This document shows, one piece after another, positions 19,401 to 27,522 of a stretch of 64,000 bases of DNA. Under the pieces are notes generated by a model, which was given only the letters and a program-made list of their open reading frames with translations, did no database searches and had not been told where the DNA came from. A program made the translations under genes and the position numbers. Position 1 is the first letter of the stretch; every line of letters begins with the position of its first letter. The stretch is from an uncultured bacterium (lineage in GTDB: Bacteria > Verrucomicrobiota > Verrucomicrobiia > Verrucomicrobiales > V1-33): contig CAIZWU010000181.1 of NCBI GenBank assembly GCA_903936775.1, positions 163 through 64,162 on the forward strand. The letters are read 5' to 3'.

Positions 19401-21518
19401 CCGGTAGTGATCCGCCCCCGGCCGGGTCACCTGCCCGCCTTCGTGCGGAACCCCGGCCGTGGCTTTCATCAACATCAGGGAATCGTCCGGACTGGCTACG
19501 TTGGTGCGGCGGCCCTTGATGTCATCAGTGAAGGCCCGGAGGTCGTAGACCGGATCATACCCGCGCAGGCTGAGCTTGAAGCCCGCCTTGCCATCCTTGG
19601 CCCCGTGGCAGGTGCCCTGATTGCAGCCCATGCGTGACATCACCGGGGTCACCTCGTGAATGTAATCGACCACCAGCGGGGCGTCATACCCTGACACCTC
19701 CACGGGCAGCTTGACCGATTGGCCCCCGGCCGTGAGGGTGAGCTGGGCGGATCCATTCTGCAAAGGATGCACCAGTCCCCGGGCACTGACACTGGCCACC
19801 GGATGATCCAACACCGCCTGGACAAGGCGGGTGGCATCGGCTTTGCCCCCATCCGCAAGGTGGGCGGTGACGAGCAACTGGGAGTAGTCGATGGATTTCC
19901 GGAACGCGATCTGATCCGGCTCGACGGTCAGGCGGGTGATCACCGCTCCGGCGGGCAACTGATCGGCCGCCGCATCGGCCACCGCATCAACCACGGCGGG
20001 CACTTCTGCTTTTTCCCCGGCGGCCATGGTCAGGGGCTCCACCGTCACCGGCACAAACTCCCGGGCGACCGTTCCGGTTTCGGCATCAATCAGACGGATC
20101 CGGCCGTCCTGGCCGCCGGCGGCAATAGTTTTTCCGTCCGGACTGAAAACCGCCGCGTAAACCCCGGTGGGGAGTTCCGTGCGGGCGAGGCGCTCGGTGC
20201 CCTCCGTCTGATAGGCATCCACCGCCGCATTTTCCGCGGCATTCCGTTCGGTGCTGGTTTTGTTGAAAACCGCCTTGACATTGTCAGGTAATTTCGAGTC
20301 GAATTCCGAGCGGTACACATTCACCGCACCCTTCCCATCCAGGCTGGAGGCAGCGAGGACGCGTTTTCCATCTGCCCGGTAGTTTACGGCGAAAACCCGG
20401 CCTTCCATCGCGGGGAAGCGGCGGATCAGGTTGGAGTTGTCCCCGATTTTCCGGTCCACCTCACGGAAAACCCGATAAATCTGCGGCACCCCATCGGCAC
20501 CCCCTACCAGAAATTCATCGCGCTGGGGATGCCGCGCGAGGGCACTCAGGCCACCCTTGAGTGCTCCGGGGGTGATGGAGGTCAGGTTATCCACAAACCG
20601 CTGGGTGGCCAGTTCCGTCAGTTTTGCGGTCATGTCACGGCCAGTCGACACCACATGATCCCCCTTGGCGGTAAAGAGGGTGTCGAACACCCAATCGTCA
20701 TGTCCCGCCATGAAAAGCTTCTGCTGGCCGGTTCCGGCCTCAATCACCCTGACACTTTTATCGGAAGCACAGCCAAAGGCCACCAGGCTGCTGTCCGGGG
20801 ACCACGAGGCCCCGTAAACCGTATCGAAAGTAACGGGCACCGAGACCTTCAGGGTGGTGGCCGCCACATCCCAGACCTGGACTTCCCCCATGCGCGCCGG
20901 CAGGCCGCCGGTGACCGCGAGCCATTTGCCATCGGGGCTGAATTTCACTGACGTGATTTTTTCGCTGAGACCGATCAGGCGGTGCGCCAGTCCACTGCCG
21001 TCGGCGTGATGAAGCAACACTTCGTGAAAACCTGACACCGCCAGCAATTTCCCGTCGGGGGAGTAGTCCAGCGAGGCAATCACGGGCGGTTTCGCATAAC
21101 TGGGCGGATGTGCGGCGTCGATGTGTTGTTTGGCATTGGGCGGAGTGTCGTCCACCGCCCCTTCGCTGATCCATTTTCCAATCAGGGCGATCTCGGCCCC
21201 GGCCAGGGGATCCCCGCTTTTTGGCATTTCGACTTTCCCCTCATGCGGCGTGATCTGTTTCAGCAAAGCGGAACCCGCCGCATCTCCTGCCACCACCGCC
21301 GCGCCATCCTCACCACCGGCCAGCAGTTTGGCAAAATCCGTCATAATATAGTCGCCCTTGGCTTTGGCCGGTTGATGGCAGCCGTGACACTTCGCCTGAA
21401 AGATGGGCCGGATCGATTTGTAGAAACTCACCGGGCCGCCGGGGACGGCGACCGGGGCGGCGGAGGCGGAGCAGGTTGCCAGCGCAACGGCCAGAAAGAG
21501 GGGTGGGGTCGGACGCAT
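16437..21518 (-). CDS. Giant PSCyt1 - WD40 - Ig-like - DUF1549 - DUF1553 fusion protein (1693 aa)
   Basis: Signal peptide; CHGCHQPAKAKGDYIMT (planctomycete cytochrome c-type domain); a run of WD40-like units (SPDGK..A..G.DG..R); LDLTGLPPAPEQVRAF (DUF1549); CNKCHDHPFERW; a DUF1553 region; a coiled coil; and the terminal LTWALINTPAFLFNH. Confidence 0.85.
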   Translation of the reverse strand: MRPTPPLFLAVALATCSASAAPVAVPGGPVSFYKSIRPIFQAKCHGCHQPAKAKGDYIMTDFAKLLAGGEDGAAVVAGDAAGSALLKQITPHEGKVEMPKSGDPLAGAEIALIGKWISEGAVDDTPPNAKQHIDAAHPPSYAKPPVIASLDYSPDGKLLAVSGFHEVLLHHADGSGLAHRLIGLSEKITSVKFSPDGKWLAVTGGLPARMGEVQVWDVAATTLKVSVPVTFDTVYGASWSPDSSLVAFGCASDKSVRVIEAGTGQQKLFMAGHDDWVFDTLFTAKGDHVVSTGRDMTAKLTELATQRFVDNLTSITPGALKGGLSALARHPQRDEFLVGGADGVPQIYRVFREVDRKIGDNSNLIRRFPAMEGRVFAVNYRADGKRVLAASSLDGKGAVNVYRSEFDSKLPDNVKAVFNKTSTERNAAENAAVDAYQTEGTERLARTELPTGVYAAVFSPDGKTIAAGGQDGRIRLIDAETGTVAREFVPVTVEPLTMAAGEKAEVPAVVDAVADAAADQLPAGAVITRLTVEPDQIAFRKSIDYSQLLVTAHLADGGKADATRLVQAVLDHPVASVSARGLVHPLQNGSAQLTLTAGGQSVKLPVEVSGYDAPLVVDYIHEVTPVMSRMGCNQGTCHGAKDGKAGFKLSLRGYDPVYDLRAFTDDIKGRRTNVASPDDSLMLMKATAGVPHEGGQVTRPGADHYRILQAWIAAGATVKFDSPRVTGITLSPSNPVIQLEGSRQQMRVIATYADGRVRDVTQDAFVETGNMDVAKAEKLGGLLTALRRGEAPVLARYEGSYASTVLTVMGDRSGFVWQAPPANNKIDEFVASKLERMKTLSSALCTDLEFIRRVYLDLTGLPPAPEQVRAFMADASDSRWKREQLIDQLIASGDFTDHWTNKWSDLLLVNSKFLGAEGAKGFRDWVRDQVDRNVPYDQFVKSILTASGSNKDTPAASYFKILREPVELMENTTHLFLATRFNCNKCHDHPFERWTQDQYYQLSAFFAQTALERDPASGDRNIGGSAVEGAKPLFEKVMDRNEGEVKHDRTGQVAPPVFPYQATSSVPDNASRREKLAAWIISPDNAYFARSFVNRLWGYLNGVGLIEPLDDIRAGNPPSNPELLDWLAQEFIAKQFDFRHVIRLIARSRTYQLSHQTNRWNADDKTNFSHAAARRLPAETLLDTIYKVTGTTPEIPGVAKGIRAAQLPDSNIGLKDGFLTNLGRPVRESACECERSTDLQLGPIMALISGPTVGDAISGSGNALAKLVADHPDDRELVGEVFMRVLSRPASEPEAASALAMLKEIDSEHTALVIARDQRAAEIAPAMAEKAKAREAAIAQAKAELDKTAAELAPALALRTREQQERVAALEKTLADSDAQVPAKLTAWETQQAGQTTWTLLQPEKAESTNTAVLTVQPDRAVLVSGVQGKTVYTLTMPVPAGPITGLRLEALKEGDKVGRSPGGNFVLTEFEASLTPLTDGKPGAAQPLKFTEALATLSQEGYDIKTAIDGNATAESGNGWGIAPGTGEAQTAVFTCMNAPATGGLLTVRLHHNYLDGQHAMARFRLGITGQTGPLVLKLPAEVGAILAIAAPQRTPDQLAVLTNYFKSGDAERTKLAADLAAARQPFTQDPQITIRKAAVATAELPLPLDPSLERLRKDTDLSAAQLTNQRLTATQDLTWALINTPAFLFNH

Positions 21519-21695
21519 GAAAATGGAATGAATGGCAAGTCTTCCTACGAGTCCGGGCAGGCGTCTTTAGCATCGGTTTCGCCTCGCCGGTGGTCTGTTT
21601 CAAATTCTGAACCTTTTGGCGAGGGACGGAACTACACACGCGGGAACGCCCATCTTCCCTTGGTTCCAACGCTTCAGTGGAAATTCCAGAAGTTT

Positions 21696-21729
21696 TACTT
21701 TGCAACACAAAGTACTTTGTGCCACAAAG
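21696..21729. promoter_or_regulatory. Tandem 17-bp palindromic operator-like repeat
   Basis: TACTTTGcaaCACAAAG immediately followed by TACTTTGtgcCACAAAG (14 of 17 identical). Each unit is CTTTG-N5-CAAAG. The second extends to CTTTGTG-c-CACAAAG. It lies in the divergent intergenic region, 58-91 nt upstream of the ATG at 21787. Confidence 0.5.
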
Positions 21730-21786
21730 CAACCATCCCTTATTCCCCTGCGGTCCGCCGCCGTCCTCCACCCCGGACCTCTCCCC

Positions 21787-22527
21787 ATGTTGCCCAAAAA
21801 TCTCCATCAGGCCCTGACCGGTCTCCCCGCCCTTTGCCAGGGCCGGGCAGACCATTTGAGGGACTGGCTGGAAAACCCGACCGGGGCCAGACTGGCCGCC
21901 TGCGCGGTGGCGATCGGCCTGGGGGGAGCGGCCTACGGATTCACCCTCGGCCTGTGGCGGGCGCCGCTGATGGGCGGGTATGTGGCCTTCAAGTTGCCGC
22001 TGCTGATCGCCCTGACGCTGCTGACCAATGGGCTGATCAACGGAATGCTGGCCCAGGTGCTCGGCAGTGGTCTCAGTTTCCGCCAGACTTTGATGGCCCT
22101 GCTGATGAGTTTTGCCACCTTTGCCCTCATCACCGGAGCGCTCAGTCCGGTCGCTCTGGGTCTGGTGCTCCATGCCCCAGGTCCCGGCGAGCCCGGTGGA
22201 ACCACCGCCTACCGGACCATTCTCCTGACGCATATCGTCATCATCACCTTCGCCGGTATCACCGCCCATCAGCGGTTTCTTCCGGTCCTCCGTTCGGTCT
22301 CGGCGGCCCCCGGAGCGGCCAGCCTGGTGTTCACGGCATGGCTGGCTGGCAATCTCCTCGTCGGGGCACAGCTTTCCTGGAATCTCCGCCCCTTTTTCGG
22401 CCAACCGGGCCGGCCCGTCCAGTTCCTCCGGGCGGACTGGAATCATAGCAGCTTCTACGAATCCATCTGGCAAAACCTGTCCCACCTCCTGACTCACCAG
22501 CACCAACCCGGCAACAACCCAACCTGA
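21787..22527 (+). CDS. Hypothetical multi-pass membrane protein (paralog A)
   Basis: About 5-6 hydrophobic helices. It shares an overall pattern and the C-terminal motif Q(L/M)S..LRP(F/L)(F/L)G with the next gene. The ATG at 21787 was chosen over the longer ORF. Confidence 0.65.
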   Translation: MLPKNLHQALTGLPALCQGRADHLRDWLENPTGARLAACAVAIGLGGAAYGFTLGLWRAPLMGGYVAFKLPLLIALTLLTNGLINGMLAQVLGSGLSFRQTLMALLMSFATFALITGALSPVALGLVLHAPGPGEPGGTTAYRTILLTHIVIITFAGITAHQRFLPVLRSVSAAPGAASLVFTAWLAGNLLVGAQLSWNLRPFFGQPGRPVQFLRADWNHSSFYESIWQNLSHLLTHQHQPGNNPT

Positions 22528-22532
22528 CTCCC

Positions 22533-23330
22533 ATGAACGACGTCCCCACCCCGCCCCCCATCCCACCAGCGCCGCTTCCACCCGGCCCTCCGCCTTCACA
22601 GCCCTTCACCGAAGCAGATCAACCACCCCGGGGTTACTTTATCGCCGCCATGGCCGGGGGCCCGGGATTGGGAGCCGCCATGGAAGCCCTCCTCAAACAT
22701 CCTGGTTCGACGATTTTTGAATTCACGGAAGGAACCCGGTCCAGGGTACTGGCCCGCAGCCTGCTCATTGTCATTCTCGCCGGCCTGGCGCTCTTCGGAG
22801 TCGCTGCGGTGGACTTTACCCATGGCATCCAATGGTGGGCGGCTCCCCTGAAGTTGATCGGCGGCTTGTTCCTGTCGGCGCTTTTGTGCCTGCCCAGCCT
22901 CTACATTTTCTCCTGCCTCAGCGGTCTGGAGATCCGCTTCAAAACCTCGCTCGGTCTGCTGCTCGCCGCCCTCGCCTTGAGCGGACTCCTGCTGGCTGGA
23001 TTCACCCCGGTGGTCTGGGTCTTCAGCCAGAGCTCTGATTCCCTGCCCTTTATGGGGGCGATCATGATCGTGATCTGGGGCATTTCCCTATTTTTCGGCC
23101 TCAAGTTCCTCTCCACCGCGGCCCGGGCGCTCGGTATGAAACACCGCCTCCACCTCCGCCTCTGGATGGGTATCTTCATTCTGGTGACCTTCCAGATGAG
23201 CTGCGCCCTCCGCCCCCTGCTCGGCCATGCCAGCACATTCCTCCCTGAGGAAAAGAAGTTCTTTCTGCAGCACTGGAGCGAGCAACTGAACGCGGATCCA
23301 CCGCCGGAAAGGCCTCACCAAGCCGGTTGA
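22533..23330 (+). CDS. Hypothetical multi-pass membrane protein with a Pro-rich N-terminus (paralog B)
   Basis: Starts 5 nt after paralog A. The N-terminus is PTPPPIPPAPLPPGPPPSQP, followed by 5-6 helices and QMSCALRPLLG near the C-terminus. Confidence 0.65.
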   Translation: MNDVPTPPPIPPAPLPPGPPPSQPFTEADQPPRGYFIAAMAGGPGLGAAMEALLKHPGSTIFEFTEGTRSRVLARSLLIVILAGLALFGVAAVDFTHGIQWWAAPLKLIGGLFLSALLCLPSLYIFSCLSGLEIRFKTSLGLLLAALALSGLLLAGFTPVVWVFSQSSDSLPFMGAIMIVIWGISLFFGLKFLSTAARALGMKHRLHLRLWMGIFILVTFQMSCALRPLLGHASTFLPEEKKFFLQHWSEQLNADPPPERPHQAG

Positions 23331-23406
23331 TCCTCCACGGTTTTCAGCCCCGCCCCGCACGCCATCCCCTCCTCGAAGCGGCCCCCAGACTCCACTGCTG
23401 GCGCCA

Positions 23407-24135
23407 CTACGCCTCCTTGGAAAGGGACCGCAGCAACTCCCGCATCTCCGCTTCCACCGCAGCAGAATCGCGGGTTTGCAGAGTGCCGGCAATCACGGTC
23501 AGGACGGCCTCCCGGAACTGGGCGCGCAACCGGTGGACCCGCACCTTGACGTGGGAGAGCGGAATCTTCAAGGCGGCGGCCACCGCACAGCTGTCCAGCG
23601 CGGTGGCCGTCGGATCAGTCAGGGCGGGTTTAAGCAGGGCGAACGCCTCCGCATCTCCCCGTCCCACGGCCCGGCCTTCGAGCGCCTGCAAGGCCCGGGC
23701 CAACACTTCCCGCGCCCAACGACGGTGATAGAGCGTCTCCGGGGTATCGGCCTCCACCGGTTCCCCGGCAAGGCGGGCTTCGGCATCATCCAATGAAAAA
23801 TGGATCACCTGTCCCCCTCGTTTCCGGGCGGAACGATACCGGGCGGCATCGGCCAGGTGATGTTGCAGCTGATGGATGAGAAAATTCCGCAGCCGCCCTT
23901 TTGCCTCACAAGCGGCCGCGAAGGAATCCCGCTCCAGCAGTCTCAGGAAAAACGACTGGACCAGGTCCTGTGCATCCTCCGGACCGTATCCCCGGTGCCG
24001 CACCCAGGCATACAGAGGATACCAATAAGCGGCGCACAATTGCTCCATCGCCTCCCGGGCACCCGCCGCATCCTCTCCGTTGGCGCGCGAAATGAGCGAC
24101 CACCGGGTGGGTCGGAAGGCAGGGGAAGCAGCCAT
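23407..24135 (-). CDS. ECF-type RNA polymerase sigma factor (kinase-associated type)
   Basis: Region 2-like AYWYPLYAWVRHRGYGPEDAQDLVQSFFLRLLE and region 4-like HTH AAALKIPLSHVKVRVHRLRAQF. The start (GTGATG) overlaps the kinase stop codon. No anti-sigma ORF is adjacent. Confidence 0.8.
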   Translation of the reverse strand: MAASPAFRPTRWSLISRANGEDAAGAREAMEQLCAAYWYPLYAWVRHRGYGPEDAQDLVQSFFLRLLERDSFAAACEAKGRLRNFLIHQLQHHLADAARYRSARKRGGQVIHFSLDDAEARLAGEPVEADTPETLYHRRWAREVLARALQALEGRAVGRGDAEAFALLKPALTDPTATALDSCAVAAALKIPLSHVKVRVHRLRAQFREAVLTVIAGTLQTRDSAAVEAEMRELLRSLSKEA

Positions 24136-26168
24136 CACTTTGGTTCCGGGGAGGAGCTGGAGGAAGCCGGGGGACTGGAGGTGATTTCCTTGGCTTCCAA
24201 TGAACCAGACGTCCCTTCAGCGCCGGATGCTGGCTCCGGCGAAAGCAGGGACAGTGCCCCCATTTGAAGTTTGACGGCGGAGGCTCTCATTTGGTTCAAC
24301 GTTTGGAGGGCAATGTCATAACGCAATTTGGACTCTTCATACTTTTTCATCGCTTCGGGGGCGACGGGACTGGTGGCGGAGGTCGCCCCGCCGGATAGAA
24401 CCGCCGCCTGCTGCATCCGGAGATTTCCGAGGACAACACCTAGACTATTCCTGACATTTTCTACCGCCTTATTCAAGATTTCCTCCTCTTTGGCAATTTG
24501 GGCCGCTAATCCTACTCTACGGGGATGCCGCTTCCCAAAGCCCATGGAATCCATCCGGGCAAGTTCCCTCTGATCCTTGAGGAACACTTTCGAGAACATA
24601 TCAATGGTCTCGTCCTTGCCCTCAAGAGCCGCATACAGCTCATCCCCCGACAATCGGCTGATCTTTTCCAAATTGGACTCCATCGTTCGGATCGAAGATT
24701 CCAACTGCCGCAAAAAGGCCGCTTTGACTTCCGCAGGGACGCCCTGCCCTGGCCTGCTGGGAAGATCTACCAGCCCATACTCCTGCATCAATCCCAACAT
24801 GGAGCTACGGAGCCGGTCCACTTCCTTTTGCTGGGTATCCAGCGTCTCCTGGATGCTGGAAAGGATGCGGGCGACTTTCGCTTCTTCCACTGCGGCGCCG
24901 GCCGCGCTTTGTCCTGGTCCGACGTCTTCCGCCGCCGTGGCATTGGCCTGCCCAGCCACTGCCGGTTCCGCGGCTTCCGGTTTGGAGACAGCCGTCATGA
25001 GAGCGTGGACCGTCATGACGGCAGCAGCCAAGACCGCCAGACCGGCTATCCAGACCCGGTTCCATCCGGGGCGGCGCGGCTGGAACAGAAAATACAAACC
25101 CGCCAACAGAAATGGGCCGCACCAGAGGATCCCGGTCCACAGATCACGGGTTGGCAGCAGCTTCGCGATCCATGCCGCCCCGGCAAAAAGGAGCAATGCA
25201 AGGAAAGTGTTGGCATGGGAAAACCTCGCGGGTGCGGGCAGTTCCGCAGGCAAAGGCGATCCTGCGGCGGCCACTGCGGTTTTCACTTCGCTGGCGTGCT
25301 GGTAGCGTTTGTCAGGCTCAGTCTGCATGGCCCGGGTGACGACCTCATCCAGGCGGGCATCGGCGGAAGCGAGGACGGAAGGCAGTTCCCAGGCGCCACG
25401 CGGCAGCTCTCCCGTGAGCATCTCGTATAACATGACCCCCAGACTGTAAATGTCAGCGCGGTGGTCCACCGTTCCACCCCTCAATTGCTCCGGGGCGGTG
25501 TATTCCGGGGTGCCCAGCGCGGCCCCGGTGAGGGTGCGCCCGCTCACCGCCGGAGCGGCTCCCAATAATTTGGTCAGGCCAAAGTCCGCAATGCGCACCC
25601 GTCCGCTGGTATCCACGAGGATGTTGCCGGGTTTGATATCACGATGCACAAAACCGTGGCCATGGGCGTATTGCAGGGCATCGCACACCTGCCCGATGAT
25701 CTCCAGCGCCTGGGCCACCACCAGGTTGCCGCTCCGGATCAGGCGGCTCAGGTCGGCCCCGGCCACATGTTCCATCACCATGAAGAGATGGCCGGACGCG
25801 GTGCGGCCAAAATCATGCAGTCCCACGATATTGGGATGACTGAGCCGGGCGAGGGCGCGGGCTTCGCGCTCGAACCGGGCCACCATGTCCGGCTGGGCCG
25901 CCAGGATCGCTGGCAGCAGCTTGATCGCTACTTCCCGGTCCAGCTTGGAATGAACGGCGTGGTAAACCGCCCCCATCGCCCCTCTGCCAATGAGCCGGTC
26001 CACCTGATAGTCCCCAAACCAGCCGTCCACCTCCTCCGCGGCGGGTGGGTCCCAGTCCTGAGCGGGGACCGTGACCGGACTGCTGCGCAAGGCGGCGGCC
26101 AACAGCTTTTCAGCATCCAGTCCATCAAGGGGTGGAACTGCGGGCGGGGAGGGATCGGATGAGTCCAT
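24135..26168 (-). CDS. Hanks-type Ser/Thr protein kinase with 3 TM segments and a coiled-coil C-terminal ectodomain
   Basis: IGRGAMGAVYHAV ... VAIK, HRDIKPGNILV, DFGLTK, GTPEYTAPEQ. Hydrophobic segments lie at about aa 325-410. The C-terminal ~270 aa are coiled-coil-rich and include GFGKRHPRRVGLAAQIAKEEEIL. Confidence 0.9.
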   Translation of the reverse strand: MDSSDPSPPAVPPLDGLDAEKLLAAALRSSPVTVPAQDWDPPAAEEVDGWFGDYQVDRLIGRGAMGAVYHAVHSKLDREVAIKLLPAILAAQPDMVARFEREARALARLSHPNIVGLHDFGRTASGHLFMVMEHVAGADLSRLIRSGNLVVAQALEIIGQVCDALQYAHGHGFVHRDIKPGNILVDTSGRVRIADFGLTKLLGAAPAVSGRTLTGAALGTPEYTAPEQLRGGTVDHRADIYSLGVMLYEMLTGELPRGAWELPSVLASADARLDEVVTRAMQTEPDKRYQHASEVKTAVAAAGSPLPAELPAPARFSHANTFLALLLFAGAAWIAKLLPTRDLWTGILWCGPFLLAGLYFLFQPRRPGWNRVWIAGLAVLAAAVMTVHALMTAVSKPEAAEPAVAGQANATAAEDVGPGQSAAGAAVEEAKVARILSSIQETLDTQQKEVDRLRSSMLGLMQEYGLVDLPSRPGQGVPAEVKAAFLRQLESSIRTMESNLEKISRLSGDELYAALEGKDETIDMFSKVFLKDQRELARMDSMGFGKRHPRRVGLAAQIAKEEEILNKAVENVRNSLGVVLGNLRMQQAAVLSGGATSATSPVAPEAMKKYEESKLRYDIALQTLNQMRASAVKLQMGALSLLSPEPASGAEGTSGSLEAKEITSSPPASSSSSPEPK

Positions 26169-26360
26169 ATCAGTTGGGGCGGAACCGGCGTTTTCCGTCC
26201 CCGCTCAGCATGATACCGAAATCCATCCTCCCGGGTAACAAGGCATTTTCCAAATCAGGAATATTTCCCGGCGAGGAGGCAGATCCGGCGGATCCCCCAG
26301 AGAAAATCCGGGCAGAGCTGCAGGCTTGCCTGCGTGGCGGTTTCAACTCATGATCGGTCC

Positions 26361-27509
26361 ATGAATCCTGCGGTCCCCCCAGCCAGACTCCCCCGTTCCT
26401 CCACGGGCGTCTATCTGCGTCTGGCGGCGGCGGCCCTGCTGGCGGCGGGTTCCCACGGCACGATCAGTGCCGGAGAAGCCTCATGGTCCCGGCTGGCTCC
26501 CTTGCCCGACCCGTTGGGCGTGGCTTCGCCCTTCGCTGGCGTCTCCGGCGGGGCGCTGCTGGTGGCGGGCGGGGCCAATTTCCCTGACAAAATGCCATGG
26601 GAGGGCGGGGAAAAAGTCTGGCACGACCGGGTTTGGGTGCTGGAACAAGCCGGCGCCACCTGGAAGGAGGCCGGTGCCCTGCCACGACCGCTCGCCTACG
26701 GCGTTGCCGTGACTCTGAAAAACAAGCTGTTTTGCCTCGGGGGCAGCGATGCCACGCGGCACCATTCCTCCGTCTTTGCCCTGGAATGGAAAAACGGGAA
26801 ACTGACGGCCATCAGCCAGGCGCCGTTGCCCCTTCCCCTGGCACAGGCGGCGGGCGCGGTGGACGACCAGGACACGGTCTATCTGGCCTGTGGCAGTTCG
26901 GCCCCCGGGGAGCAACAGGCCTCCAACCGCGTCTTCTGCCTCCGTTCCGGCGACCCTTCGCCTGCCTGGCAGGAATTGCCGCCCTTGCCCGCCGAGCCCC
27001 GCATCCTGCCGGTAGCCGCGGCCGCGGGCAGGTCTTTTTATCTTTTCGGAGGAACCGCACTGGAATCCAGCCAGGGCAAAATCGCCCGCCGGCCACTGCG
27101 TGATGCCTGGCGTTATACGCCAACGGACGGTTGGAAACGCCTGGCTGATCTGCCCAAACCCTGTGTGGCCGCCCCTTCCCCGGCTCCGGTGGTGCGGAAA
27201 GGAAATCATGACGGAGTCCTGCTCCTGGCCGGGGACGATGGTTCCCTCGCGGACTTCCAACCGGTGGAACAACACCCCGGATTTCCCGACACCGTGCTCT
27301 GGTATGATTTTACGGCCGATCACTGGGAAGCGTCAGGCAAAGTGCAGGCGCCGCGCGCCACCGTGCCCTGCGTAAAATGGGGCCAGTCCTTCATCATCCC
27401 CAGCGGCGAGGTCCGTCCCGGGGTGCGCTCGCCGGAAGTATGGGCTCTGCGTGATCCATCACCGCCAGAAGCCGTGCCCGAGGAACCTCCCGGCCTCCCA
27501 AAACCCTAA
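26361..27509 (+). CDS. Kelch-repeat protein, N-acetylneuraminate epimerase (NanM/YjhT)-like
   Basis: Signal peptide and repeated Kelch-type blades (GGALLVAGGANF, NKLFCLGGSD, DTVYLACGSS, RSFYLFGGT). It heads a sialic-acid gene cluster. A GTG at 26334 is an alternative start. Confidence 0.6.
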   Translation: MNPAVPPARLPRSSTGVYLRLAAAALLAAGSHGTISAGEASWSRLAPLPDPLGVASPFAGVSGGALLVAGGANFPDKMPWEGGEKVWHDRVWVLEQAGATWKEAGALPRPLAYGVAVTLKNKLFCLGGSDATRHHSSVFALEWKNGKLTAISQAPLPLPLAQAAGAVDDQDTVYLACGSSAPGEQQASNRVFCLRSGDPSPAWQELPPLPAEPRILPVAAAAGRSFYLFGGTALESSQGKIARRPLRDAWRYTPTDGWKRLADLPKPCVAAPSPAPVVRKGNHDGVLLLAGDDGSLADFQPVEQHPGFPDTVLWYDFTADHWEASGKVQAPRATVPCVKWGQSFIIPSGEVRPGVRSPEVWALRDPSPPEAVPEEPPGLPKP

Positions 27510-27522
27510 CTCCCACCGCTTT

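Noticed and set aside
26282-26294. An inverted repeat GATCCG-g-CGGATC upstream of the nanM-like gene, considered as a possible Nan operator.
   Set aside because: A 6-bp GC-rich palindrome is expected by chance many times in 64 kb. No regulator gene is in the cluster to pair it with.
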